A program made the translations under genes and the position numbers. Below, piece after piece: positions 1 to 9,212 of a stretch of 55,865 bases of DNA. Source of the DNA: a virus (taxonomy: Duplodnaviria; Caudoviricetes); IMG/VR virus record IMGVR_UViG_3300024520_000090, positions 1 to 55,865 of that record. One strand, given 5' to 3'. Numbering within the stretch: position 1 is the stretch's first letter; every line of letters starts with the position of its first letter. The notes beneath the pieces were generated by a model, which made no database searches, was not told where the DNA came from, and saw nothing but the letters and a program-made list of their open reading frames with translations.

Positions 1-126
1 CTAAGCTCGCACCACGTTTTATCGCCTGGCCCATATAGCCTAGCGCCACCTTCGAGCGAGAAAAGCCTTGCGCAGAAGCGTAGGCTCCCTGAGCCAACCG
101 ACCGGAGTATTTATTTATCTTCGCCT
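1..126. repeat. Terminal direct repeat (circular-assembly overlap), copy 1
   Basis: 1-126 is identical to 55722-55847, implying a circular or terminally redundant unit of 55,721 bp. Confidence 0.95.
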
Positions 127-547
127 TTGCCTTCTGATCTTGCCCGTAGGTCCAAGGCCTCTTGCCCAGAGCACGATTAGTCTGGTCCGAGATTAGGGGG
201 CCCTGGTGCCGCTTCTTACGCCAGTCTTCTAGTAACTTAGCATCACGACCTGCCTGCATCTTACCCCTGTTTGCGGCAAGGGTGGCCGTGTTGACTACGT
301 CCGTAACCTTTGTGACAGCGTCTTTTCCCGCAGTGTAGGCCCCGTGCGCCCTAGCCCCGCCTTCGATAGCCGCAGCCTCAGGCCATAAAGATATAAGAGG
401 TTGCAGGGCCTCTTTGAGGGAGCGGGAGGCACGTTGGCCAGGGCTAAAGAACTCACCCAAAGCCTCTTCTTGAGAAGGTGACTCTGGCACCAGCTTCTTA
501 GCTACGGCGTCTCGCATTAACTTAAACTCGTCTCGATCTTGGTCCAT
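1..547 (-). CDS. N-terminal part of a ~323-aa hypothetical protein spanning the circular join (MDQDRDEFKLMRDAVAKK...)
   Basis: ATG at 547 overlaps the terminase stop (TAATG); hand translation shows no stop down to position 1 and the frame continues into 55297..55847. Confidence 0.8.
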   Translation of the reverse strand, partial: MDQDRDEFKLMRDAVAKKLVPESPSQEEALGEFFSPGQRASRSLKEALQPLISLWPEAAAIEGGARAHGAYTAGKDAVTKVTDVVNTATLAANRGKMQAGRDAKLLEDWRKKRHQGPLISDQTNRALGKRPWTYGQDQKAKAKINKYSGRLAQGAYASAQGFSRSKVALGYMGQAIKRGASL

Positions 548-2298
548 TATCGCCTCCTCCGGTATCGAGCGCGTCTGCGGCTCTTGTCTTTTCCCTTTCG
601 CTGAGTCTCTTCCTTCCGATATTTCTCAACCTGGTTCCAGGTCATATCTCGGAACAGGACCACGTTCTCTTCTATACTATCTTCCGAACCTTTTTTCAAT
701 CGCTGGGGGGCTCGACGGGCAGCCACGATGGCCATCTGTAGGGCAGAAATCTTATCCCAGTGGTGACGACTTCGGCGCCTCTTGCCAGGGCCTTTGCCAT
801 ACAAGATCTCGTTTGAGGCCGCTCTCTCTACGCGTTTATCGTGCTTGTAGCTAGTTAACTGGTCTACAGTGTCTGCGTCATGGAGCACGAGTTCATCTTT
901 TAGTGCTTCCTGTAGCCAGCTTAGCATCTGGTCTACGGACTTCGATGTGGCTGTGATCCCCGGTCTGTAGGCCTTCTCGTAGTAGACGTTCTTGCACTCC
1001 ATCTCTTCGAGCAGGGCTAAGACTGCCGCTCCGACCCCGTTTGACTCTACGGCCACGGTCGCGTTGTTATATCTGCAAGCTACCTCCATGATCTTTCGGG
1101 TAAATGGTAGGGGCTCGGTGTGCGTGGCGAAGCAGGCTACCTGCGTCCACTCCCCTTCGTAGACCTTAAGTACCTGAAAAGCAGCATGGTCCCTAGAAGC
1201 ATAACCAGCAGGGTCGACCCCGATGACATAGAGGGCTCCTGGTTCTGGTTTCTCATATTCCATGTAGGGGTCAATCCAGGGTGTGAGGATCTTTTCCCGA
1301 TGGCGGGTGAGTAGGCTTGGGTGGATCACAGCATTGCTCGCTGCAAGCCAGCAGGTGATGTCATCGAACGGATAGTAGACCCCGAATAGGTCCGGGTTCC
1401 TGCGGATCTCCGGGTCAATATCTAGCATCAACCTGCGGAAAGCCAGGTTCTCCTTCTCCAAACCCAGATGCCCGTAGCGGTCGAGCAGCTTAAGCTCGTC
1501 GATCTCTAACCGCGCCCCTTCGGGCCACGCTCGACGGTTGAGTTTAGAATCCCAGAAGGGGAAGAAAGCATAAACATGGCGGCTTACCCCCTGCTTTGCG
1601 TCACGGCACTGGTCGTGCCACCATTCGGCGGACGGAGCGTCCATCGGGGCTGGTGTTGCCTCCAACATCATCAGGGAATGATCCCGGTTAATCATCGAAG
1701 GGTAGATAAGCGTGAACTGCTCGGCAGCACTGGCCCAATAAGGAAGCTCGGAGCCGTGAAAGCTATCGGGGGACTGACCGATACCAACTGCACCCGACTC
1801 ACCGGACAAAACACGCATTTTGCCCCCTGCATTCTCGGCAAAGGTCAACTGCCGCACCTCTCGGTTGGGTACAGTCGGAGATCGGATGGCTTCTGGCCAT
1901 CTTGCATGGCAAAAGTGAACCCGTTGGTGCAAGTACTCTGCACGAGCCTTCGTATCTGCTATGCAAATGTGGTCCCAACCAGGCGTATAGGCGGTCTTAG
2001 TATAGGCGCATAGCTCAGCGACAAGGGACTTACCCCCTTGACGATACCCCAGTAGTGTCAGCCACTTTGTCTGCCCGTGCTCTGTCTTAGGTGGGTTTGA
2101 GACGTAGGAAAGTAGCGTAGACTGGAGTGTTTTGGTTATCTTGAACGGGTCATAGGCCACCTCACGCCCACTAGCCTGGTCATGTACCTTACCGTAAGCC
2201 CGCAGGCTAAGTGCGGGGTCAGATAGCGCCGCTAGCGCCTCGGCTGCTGAGTTATTCTCCGTTGACAAGGATCTTCTCTGGGACCTCGGCATCGACAA
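547..2298 (-). CDS. terL: Terminase large subunit
   Basis: Walker A-like GYRQGGKS, C-terminal RNase H-like nuclease motifs IGVDPA and AVESNGVG, HHWD acidic motif near the end; two genes upstream of the portal. Confidence 0.9.
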   Translation of the reverse strand: MSMPRSQRRSLSTENNSAAEALAALSDPALSLRAYGKVHDQASGREVAYDPFKITKTLQSTLLSYVSNPPKTEHGQTKWLTLLGYRQGGKSLVAELCAYTKTAYTPGWDHICIADTKARAEYLHQRVHFCHARWPEAIRSPTVPNREVRQLTFAENAGGKMRVLSGESGAVGIGQSPDSFHGSELPYWASAAEQFTLIYPSMINRDHSLMMLEATPAPMDAPSAEWWHDQCRDAKQGVSRHVYAFFPFWDSKLNRRAWPEGARLEIDELKLLDRYGHLGLEKENLAFRRLMLDIDPEIRRNPDLFGVYYPFDDITCWLAASNAVIHPSLLTRHREKILTPWIDPYMEYEKPEPGALYVIGVDPAGYASRDHAAFQVLKVYEGEWTQVACFATHTEPLPFTRKIMEVACRYNNATVAVESNGVGAAVLALLEEMECKNVYYEKAYRPGITATSKSVDQMLSWLQEALKDELVLHDADTVDQLTSYKHDKRVERAASNEILYGKGPGKRRRSRHHWDKISALQMAIVAARRAPQRLKKGSEDSIEENVVLFRDMTWNQVEKYRKEETQRKGKDKSRRRARYRRRR

Positions 2299-2668
2299 CC
2301 GTATAGGATGCTTCCAGCTTAGGTGCTTCCCTACGCACTGCGACCAAGGCGGTGATCACGTCGCTATAGGCAGCGTCAGGTGTCCCCAAGGCTGTATTCT
2401 CTGTGGCAATAACAGTGAAGATAAGCTCGGTCCAATGCCTAGCTTCCCGAGAGACCGCTGGGGTTAAGTTCCCTTCGACTAGCTCGGCTAGCATCATCTG
2501 GGATAGCCCAATGACGCCCTTGTAGTCCGTGACAGGGTTCTCCTTAATCAGTTTAGCGACAACACTGCGCTTCTCCTCGGGGACTAGCGTCAGCCAACTC
2601 CGGTAATCCGAGCCCTCGCTCGTTTGGCCTCCGCCCTTAGCGTAAGTTGTCTTCTTTTTCTCAGCCAT
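2252..2668 (-). CDS. Hypothetical helical protein, possible terminase small subunit
   Basis: 138 aa, directly upstream of and overlapping terL; call rests on synteny only. Confidence 0.45.
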   Translation of the reverse strand: MAEKKKTTYAKGGGQTSEGSDYRSWLTLVPEEKRSVVAKLIKENPVTDYKGVIGLSQMMLAELVEGNLTPAVSREARHWTELIFTVIATENTALGTPDAAYSDVITALVAVRREAPKLEASYTVVDAEVPEKILVNGE

Positions 2669-3524
2669 TCCGTGCTCCTAAAAAGTGGGGGGCCCCTACT
2701 CGGCCCCAGTGTAATCCCTTCCGTAGCTTGTTTTTCCTGGTCTTAAATACATTTTGTTTTACCAGTTTCCAGAATAAAGGGGAGTCTGTGAGCTTGAGTA
2801 GTTCAGGTTTTGTCATGTAGTGAGGGGCTGTGATCAGTTTATGCCTAAACTTCAGTCTCTCCAAAATACCACCATCGAGTTGAGGTGGCCACGCTGTTGT
2901 TTCCCAGTCGATATTTAGGGCCCATAATTGGAACCGAGGGTCGTCTGCTAGCATCTCGGTTCCCTCGCGCAAAGCATTGATTACCCAAGGTCGAGGGTCT
3001 CCCGTCATCTTCGAGAGGTAGGAGATTGAGACACCCCAAGAAAAGGTGCGTAATAATTGTACGCTTGGATGGCACCAGATACTCATCGGAATGGTGCCTC
3101 GCTTCATTGAGGCCACTTCGTAGGGGTGAGGGACTGGGAGCTTCCCCCACGACCGGAGCACCTCGTTCGGCCAGGACTTCGGGGCTACCATGGAGTTAGG
3201 TTCGTAGAACCACTCCTTGACGGCAGGGGTGCCATCGAGCCACTCCTTGATCCCAGCGTAGCCCTTGCGAACATAGCGCCTGTTGTACTTAGCCCAGCGG
3301 TAGGGGTACCCCCGGCATTCCTCCCCGTACTGGAGTAGGTGGGGGGGCACTGGACCCCATGGATAGTGGACTGCGGCGATACTGCTCTCGGCCCGTAATG
3401 CCGTAAAGAACAGGGGGCACTTGACATATGCGCTAGGTGGGTGGATCTTCCCCGTCTTGAGTAGGTACTTTTTCTCCGGTTCTTCCGAATTTAGTGCACC
3501 CCCTTGTTCCGCTTCAGCTTTCAT
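2661..3524 (-). CDS. Hypothetical protein (possible HTH-like segment)
   Basis: 287-aa ORF overlapping both neighbours; LLRTFSWGVSISYLSKMTGDPRPWVINAL resembles an HTH. Confidence 0.6.
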   Translation of the reverse strand: MKAEAEQGGALNSEEPEKKYLLKTGKIHPPSAYVKCPLFFTALRAESSIAAVHYPWGPVPPHLLQYGEECRGYPYRWAKYNRRYVRKGYAGIKEWLDGTPAVKEWFYEPNSMVAPKSWPNEVLRSWGKLPVPHPYEVASMKRGTIPMSIWCHPSVQLLRTFSWGVSISYLSKMTGDPRPWVINALREGTEMLADDPRFQLWALNIDWETTAWPPQLDGGILERLKFRHKLITAPHYMTKPELLKLTDSPLFWKLVKQNVFKTRKNKLRKGLHWGRVGAPHFLGARNG

Positions 3525-5985
3525 TCCACTTCTCGACAGTGATTAGGTTGCCGAGATCTCTTGGGCTGATGGGCGTGTCTCCTCGTAGCTTGATACCCAA
3601 CCAAGGGCGGTATGTCGTGGCTGAACCCTTCTTCGAGGGCTTGCCCTGACGGAAACTGCGCTCCCGCATGAGCATAGCGAAGAAGCGGGGGTTCATCGCA
3701 CGCTCATGGCTCTCTTCGCACCAGTCGATGTAGGCGTTGTAGAGATTCTTCGGGTTAATCGAGTGCTCCGAGTCCAGTTCGCAGCGGTCCAGGAAAAAGG
3801 GCTTCATCGGGTCAAGCTCTTCGCGGTATTCTTGGGTGGCGTAGATGACTGACTCGGGAGGATTGAGCCCATTGCGCTGCCAATCGAGGCAGCCAGCGAC
3901 TAATCGGTTCAAGATGCCGGGTAACTCCCCTATTAACTTGTTATCAAGCTCCTTATCCTGTTTCTCCTCTGGAATACTGATCTCAAAGGGGACTAAGAGG
4001 ACTCGTCGCCAGATACCTTCGTCATTGCCCTTGATTATCGGCTTATGGTTGGCAGCAAGCCATAATTTGTGGGTAGGGAGGAACTCGAAGAAGTCTTGCT
4101 TCATATATCGGGCCTTGATGGGGTCACCCCCTGTCATTTGCTTGATTGAGGCCTCTGCAAGGGACTTCCCTCGGTCGATCTCCGCGCTAACGACCAAACG
4201 GGCCCCCATTAGGTCGGCTACTTCGGTCGGATGGCGCCCGCTCTTGCTCGCTACGAGTAATTCAGGGGCAGCTTGCTTAGCGTAGGTGCCCATCAGGCGC
4301 TGAATGGTGTTGAGGAAGGTAGACTTACCGTTCGCCCCAGTACCGTAGAGGAAGATGAGCTTCTGCTCTCGGACTGAGCCGGTGAGGGAGTAGCCGAGGT
4401 AGCGGTAGATGAATGAGATGAGGTCGAGGCGCCCCTCGAATATCTCGTGCATGAAGTTATCCCAGATGGGCGATTCTGCGTTGGTGTCATACTCTACCGG
4501 GCAGATCTTTGTTATCAGGTCAGACTTCTTGAAGGCCATTAACTGACCCGTTGTCAGGTCAATCGTGCCATTGGAGGTGTTGAGCTTCCAGGCATCTGCG
4601 TCAAACTTGCGGATAGGGACAGTCATACCAGGCTCGTTAGCTGCTAGCCCGACCATCGCGTGGAGCGAACCTGCGGATTCTGACTTCACGGCGTGCTTGT
4701 AGAACTTGCGGCTGCGCTCAGCGTCGTTCTCAGCGGCTGCTTCCCCGAAGATGTCGGCTACAGCCTCTTCTGCGAGACGCATTATGCGCCCAGTCTCGTC
4801 TAATTCCCACCGCTTGCCCGTGTAGCTTAGCCATTTGGACCAACTGGGAACGTACTTGACGTCCTCTCCGAATCTCTGCACCAGGCGCTTGGCATTACCG
4901 AGGTCGGTAAGCCCTGGAGAAGCAGCGGACGACCCAATAACTTGCGAAGGGGTCCCATCCCCGTCCCCGCTCGCTGTATTGAGCCGCCCGAACTTATCCT
5001 GAAAGGCTCGCCACCCTTTCCTGCCACTCCCAACGCAGCCCTTGTGTAAGCACCCCGCATACACTTCCCCGCTATGGGTCTGCACGATATAGGCGCTTCG
5101 GTCACGGTGATCCTCGTCAAATGGACATTGATCGAGAACCCACTTCCGTCCCTTGTCCCCCCACGGAATGGGAGCGCCTGCGGCAGAGAGATGCGCCGAG
5201 ACCCACAGGTCCAGGCGACGAGCCTTCGCAGAATTCATGGCACCCCGGTTCTCGGGGGCCCGCTTCGCGAATTGTTCTACGAGTTTCTTAGAAACCCGGT
5301 TGAAATCTTCTGGTATCTTGAGGACCTTGGCCAATCGCCAGGGCCTATCCTCGACATCTGCACCTTTGCGCACGGCAGTGCCATATAGCTTCCAGATCCT
5401 GGCTGGATTGAAGACCTTTTGGTCGATTGTTACCCCTTCTGTGTCGAAAAACAGACTCAGAGCGGAGTAAAAGCGCCGAATGATGGGGTCTTTTGGCTTT
5501 AGCGCGACTTTGTAGATGAGGTGCATCCCATTACCCGAGTCTCCGACGATGGGATTGGGCCACCCTTCGGCGTCGAGGCTGAGATAGATCGATCTTAGCA
5601 CTTGAGCGGCGAGTTTCTTCTCGCTATTGGCGGCGCTGACGTGGCTGGGGCGCACTGGGTCGATGTCGATGAGCAGGTAGGTGTGCTCCTGGACGTCATC
5701 GTCGCTTGTGGCGGGCAGCCCTTGCGTGATGCGGTTAGGACTACGGGCAAACAGCGCTGGGTTGATCTGGTTCATGGTGATGTAGACACCAGTGGCCCCA
5801 TCATCAGAACAGGCTGCGGCTGTTGTTGCCAACAGTTCTAGGTCGTTGAAATAACCCGACTTTGCCCGGGTCTTGCCGCCGTAATCGCTCTTGGAAAGCA
5901 CACGAAGCTCGACAACTTGGTCATCAGTAAACAGACTGCGGAGGGTCGCCAGGATCTCTGGGCGATTAGCTGCGGGGGGGTGCAT
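3514..5985 (-). CDS. AEP-type primase fused to D5/P4-family SF3 helicase
   Basis: N-terminal LLIDID and DSGNGMHL primase-polymerase motifs, CPF..H...C.H..C zinc motif, TDLGNAKRL D5_N motif, Walker A GTGANGKST, IKQMTGGD and GIWRR SF3 motifs. Confidence 0.92.
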   Translation of the reverse strand: MHPPAANRPEILATLRSLFTDDQVVELRVLSKSDYGGKTRAKSGYFNDLELLATTAAACSDDGATGVYITMNQINPALFARSPNRITQGLPATSDDDVQEHTYLLIDIDPVRPSHVSAANSEKKLAAQVLRSIYLSLDAEGWPNPIVGDSGNGMHLIYKVALKPKDPIIRRFYSALSLFFDTEGVTIDQKVFNPARIWKLYGTAVRKGADVEDRPWRLAKVLKIPEDFNRVSKKLVEQFAKRAPENRGAMNSAKARRLDLWVSAHLSAAGAPIPWGDKGRKWVLDQCPFDEDHRDRSAYIVQTHSGEVYAGCLHKGCVGSGRKGWRAFQDKFGRLNTASGDGDGTPSQVIGSSAASPGLTDLGNAKRLVQRFGEDVKYVPSWSKWLSYTGKRWELDETGRIMRLAEEAVADIFGEAAAENDAERSRKFYKHAVKSESAGSLHAMVGLAANEPGMTVPIRKFDADAWKLNTSNGTIDLTTGQLMAFKKSDLITKICPVEYDTNAESPIWDNFMHEIFEGRLDLISFIYRYLGYSLTGSVREQKLIFLYGTGANGKSTFLNTIQRLMGTYAKQAAPELLVASKSGRHPTEVADLMGARLVVSAEIDRGKSLAEASIKQMTGGDPIKARYMKQDFFEFLPTHKLWLAANHKPIIKGNDEGIWRRVLLVPFEISIPEEKQDKELDNKLIGELPGILNRLVAGCLDWQRNGLNPPESVIYATQEYREELDPMKPFFLDRCELDSEHSINPKNLYNAYIDWCEESHERAMNPRFFAMLMRERSFRQGKPSKKGSATTYRPWLGIKLRGDTPISPRDLGNLITVEKWNES

Positions 5986-6003
5986 AGCATGGTCCTCAAG
6001 GGG

Positions 6004-6333
6004 TTATTCGTCGAATAGGGATAGGACATCTTCGTCGACATAGGGGCTCGTGTCAACCGGGTAGATGACATCGGAGGGAGTGGCGATTGAGGCGGGAGGA
6101 GTAGGCCTCTCGGGCCACGCGAACTCAGGTAGGGCATCGAAAGCCTGCTTAGTATTCTCTTCGAGGTAGGTGACGAGGTCGCTCTTGTTGACGCGCCATT
6201 GCACGCCCATCTTCACGGCAGGAAGCTTGCGAGCCCGTACTAGGTTGCGAACAGTGTTGACGTGGACACTGAGCTTGCGAGCTATCTCCTCTAGACTGTA
6301 GTAGGCCGCCGTTTTGCTTATTTTTGTTGCCAT
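6004..6333 (-). CDS. Excisionase/MerR-like HTH DNA-binding protein
   Basis: YSLEEIARKLSVHVNTVRNLVRARKLPAVKMGVQWRV matches the HTH_17 pattern; AAGGAG RBS upstream. Confidence 0.85.
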   Translation of the reverse strand: MATKISKTAAYYSLEEIARKLSVHVNTVRNLVRARKLPAVKMGVQWRVNKSDLVTYLEENTKQAFDALPEFAWPERPTPPASIATPSDVIYPVDTSPYVDEDVLSLFDE

Positions 6334-6357
6334 TGTTACTCCTTAGGTCGTATGGGG

Positions 6358-6386
6358 AGACTAAGTCATTGAGAAGGCTATGTCAA
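6358..6386 (-). promoter_or_regulatory. Sigma70-type leftward promoter
   Basis: On the - strand, TTGACA-17 nt-TAGTCT, just upstream of the HTH gene RBS. Confidence 0.7.
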
Positions 6387-6494
6387 GCAACTTTCCACCT
6401 TTCTTACAGCCCCTCATAAGCGTTGCTGCTTAGACACTAAGCGGAACAGGCTACCTCTCGAAGTTACTTTAGGGTTTACATGGAATTGACGGCC

Positions 6495-6778
6495 TGTAAC
6501 CTACTGTAACCTACTTTGTAACCTCTGACTATGGCAGCTTACCCCTAGCTTATCGGAAGATGACTAGGGTGAATTACACAGGTTACAGAAAATCCCGCTT
6601 CCTATATATGTATAATGTGTGTATAACATGTGCGTTGATATGAATAATAAAAAAGAGTCTTAACCACAGAACTGTGGAAAATGGTATATGGGATTCTTTG
6701 TAACTTGTAACTTTTAACTAAGCTATTCCCTATCTAACTAACTTATTTGAGGTTACAGAGAGGTTACAGAGGGTTACA
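6495..6778. repeat. Iteron-like repeat array around an AT-rich core; putative replication origin
   Basis: TGTAACC at 6495, 6505, 6517; GGTTACA at 6581; TGTAACT at 6699, 6706; GGTTACA at 6751, 6762, 6772; AT-rich core at about 6600-6690; next to the primase-helicase operon. Confidence 0.7.
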
Positions 6779-8092
6779 ACCAGTAAAGTATATGTCAAGT
6801 CCAGTATGGAGGCTTATTATCTTAATGGGAACAGAGGATATGCGAAAAACCGCTGTTGGTTTCTGGGACTCCTATGGCAAATGGCAAATGGCATGGCCCG
6901 AAAGGGGGGATGGGTCCCCGTGTTCCGATTTCGGCACCTGGGTATGGCGTGTCGTTTGGGTCGTCTCGCGTGGGGTGGAGAGAGTGCGTCTCTTCCCTGT
7001 ACACGTATTGTGCGCTCAAATGGGAACACTGTCCAGGACTTTCTCAATTAATTGATAACGTAGTTTCGCCCGTACCTCCAACCAGGCTACACGTTATACA
7101 TATATACGCGGAATGTAAACACTGTTCACTTGAAGCTCCAGCGGCATTAGCGGAAGCTTTACAATCCTCTGCCCATTGTATACGTTCCGAATACACCAGA
7201 AAGTGGTCCCGCATAAATGCCCTTGCCGATGCCTTCTATGCGTATCTGGTATCCCTTGTTCGTTATCGGTCTCTCCATTCACTGGATTCAGGCCCTTCGT
7301 CGAGGTGCTCACCAGGGTGCAAGCTGGGGTCTGTCGTGCCCCCCATGGCTGGTCGGTTCCCAATTATCTCACCATTCTATTCGGTAGCGGCAAAGCCTTT
7401 CTGCATATTCGGAACAAATAACGCTACCCCTGGAGCCTCGGTGAATATAGGATGGGGTGTCTCCAGAAATTCTCCGGCGGCACGCTCTCTGAAATTCTCC
7501 GAAGTTTTCCCCGCTACCTAGCGTAGGCCAGTCCATTGCTTTCATTGCATACACGGACGCTACCTGACCAGCGGGGTCTACATACTCGGAGAAACGGTGT
7601 CCAATCGGCACGCAAGCTCGCCAGTCTTCACGGACTGGGTTACCATCGGGGATAACTCCCCTGCTTCTAATCGGAGTTAATGGCAGCCGGCACTCGTTGA
7701 ACGGGCACACCTCACACGGTAGGAAGAGACGACTATATGTCGCCGCGTGTGGGCTTCTAATCGATGATTCAGTATCCATTGGAAGAGAAAGAACCGACGG
7801 GGCTCCCTTTGCCTCCCCGTTGAAATTGCGCAGGATAGGTGCGCTTAGCCCGGGGGTCATACAGATCCCAGTCGACACGAATATGTCTCCGAATTCTGGG
7901 GAGACTAGTGAGTCCGAGTATAAACGGACGGGGATCGGCGGTAATACCTGGCGAGTGCTGAAAACAAGGCTTAGATGCCTTGCGAATACAGTTCTCAACG
8001 CGACAAACGGGAACACCCGGGGTTGACACCCCCGGGCTTCCAATTGAGCAGCACGGCCCAATGGTCCTGCTGCTCTATTGGAGGTTAGTCAC

Positions 8093-8341
8093 ATGAACGA
8101 ACAAGAGCAGGCGCTATTACGGCGCCTTTTATCCGTGCATCCTTGCACCGGTGCCGAGTGCACCGTTACCAAGCACGGCTTCATCGATGGCGACGACGGC
8201 CGGTTTTATCCGGGCTGGCTGGTAGTTGATACCGGTCGTATCACCGCTAACAAATATTTTCTAATGGGTGCCACCGATGGCATCGAGTATCGTTTCATTA
8301 TTGACGGCCGCTACAAGCGAGCCCATGTACAGGCTGTATAG
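8093..8341 (+). CDS. Hypothetical early protein
   Basis: GGAGG RBS, ATG at 8093; first gene of the + arm. Confidence 0.7.
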   Translation: MNEQEQALLRRLLSVHPCTGAECTVTKHGFIDGDDGRFYPGWLVVDTGRITANKYFLMGATDGIEYRFIIDGRYKRAHVQAV

Positions 8342-8354
8342 CCGGGGAGTCAGC

Positions 8355-8576
8355 ATGAGAAAGATAGTAGCCGGAGTGAGGCGGTACGTCCGCATCGAGA
8401 CGAGCCACGACAGGCTCAAGACAAAACCGACACGGAATATCCGGCCAGCCGGGCGCACTAAGCGCAAAACTGAACCCGTCGTTATGATTGGCGAGGAAGC
8501 CAAGTCAATGAGCGCCGCTGAATGGGGCGCCAAGATCACCAACAATTTCACGAGACCACTCGTGATCGCACCCTAA
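8355..8576 (+). CDS. Small basic hypothetical protein
   Basis: GGGGAG RBS, ATG at 8355, fills the gap between neighbours. Confidence 0.6.
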   Translation: MRKIVAGVRRYVRIETSHDRLKTKPTRNIRPAGRTKRKTEPVVMIGEEAKSMSAAEWGAKITNNFTRPLVIAP

Positions 8577-8584
8577 GGAGCACC

Positions 8585-8944
8585 ATGCTAGTATTGTACA
8601 ATGTGACCATCGAGTATCTACAAGATGCCCTCGACTTCCACGACTATCCAAACCAGACCCTAGTCAAGGGGCGGCCGATCGCTCTCGGGATCTCCCCCTT
8701 ATTCGATGAACGGATACAACGGGCACAGGATATGATCCGACGCTTACAGGCTACACTCCAGCCCGACGTGGCGCCGGAGCTTTGCCAACAACTGGACGCG
8801 CTCTACCGCTTCCTGATTGACCAGTTAACAATAGCGCTGGACACAGGTGAAACCGCACCCATTGACTCCGTGCTCAATATCCTCACGGACTTGCGCTCGG
8901 CGTGGCGCCATGCGGTGCACGAAGTGGAGGAAGAATGTCAGTAA
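8585..8944 (+). CDS. fliS: FliS-like flagellin export chaperone homolog
   Basis: AAGGAG RBS; MLVLYN...RIQRAQDMIRRLQATL...APELCQQLDALYRFLIDQL...IDSVLNILTDLRSAW follows the FliS four-helix pattern (LY..A / AQ.I..L...L / L..LY.Y....L / V..IL..LR.AW). Confidence 0.75.
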   Translation: MLVLYNVTIEYLQDALDFHDYPNQTLVKGRPIALGISPLFDERIQRAQDMIRRLQATLQPDVAPELCQQLDALYRFLIDQLTIALDTGETAPIDSVLNILTDLRSAWRHAVHEVEEECQ

Positions 8945-9198
8945 TAACACTTGACCCGATAGGGCTCGCCTTGGAAGATGCGGCACGCCAGCTTGCCCTG
9001 CTACGAGCAGCGCAGCACTGCCCCCACTGGGCAGATGACATGGGGCTCATAGCCCATGTGGCACCTACGAGTACAATCCTCATAGCAGCGGGACGCGACC
9101 ACAGCAACGACGGGTACGGCCAACGCTACGAGTTCACTTATCACATCCCCTACATGGGGCGACTTCACGAGATCGACATCGGGTTGATCATTGACTAA
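8935..9198 (+). CDS. Hypothetical protein
   Basis: GGAGG RBS, ATG at 8935 overlapping the previous gene. Confidence 0.65.
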   Translation: MSVITLDPIGLALEDAARQLALLRAAQHCPHWADDMGLIAHVAPTSTILIAAGRDHSNDGYGQRYEFTYHIPYMGRLHEIDIGLIID

Positions 9199-9212
9199 CC
9201 ACAGGAGAGAAC

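Noticed and set aside
1-126. Biological direct terminal repeat
   Set aside because: It falls in the middle of a coding gene and 126 bp fits a k-mer assembly overlap; it indicates circularity, not physical genome ends
6004-6333. Integration/excision module
   Set aside because: No tyrosine or serine recombinase is recognisable in the genome
6856-8061. ORFs 6856..7521 (+), 7369..8061 (-) and 7697..8026 (+) as genes
   Set aside because: No clear RBS or recognisable motifs, and they overlap each other on opposite strands; left uncalled
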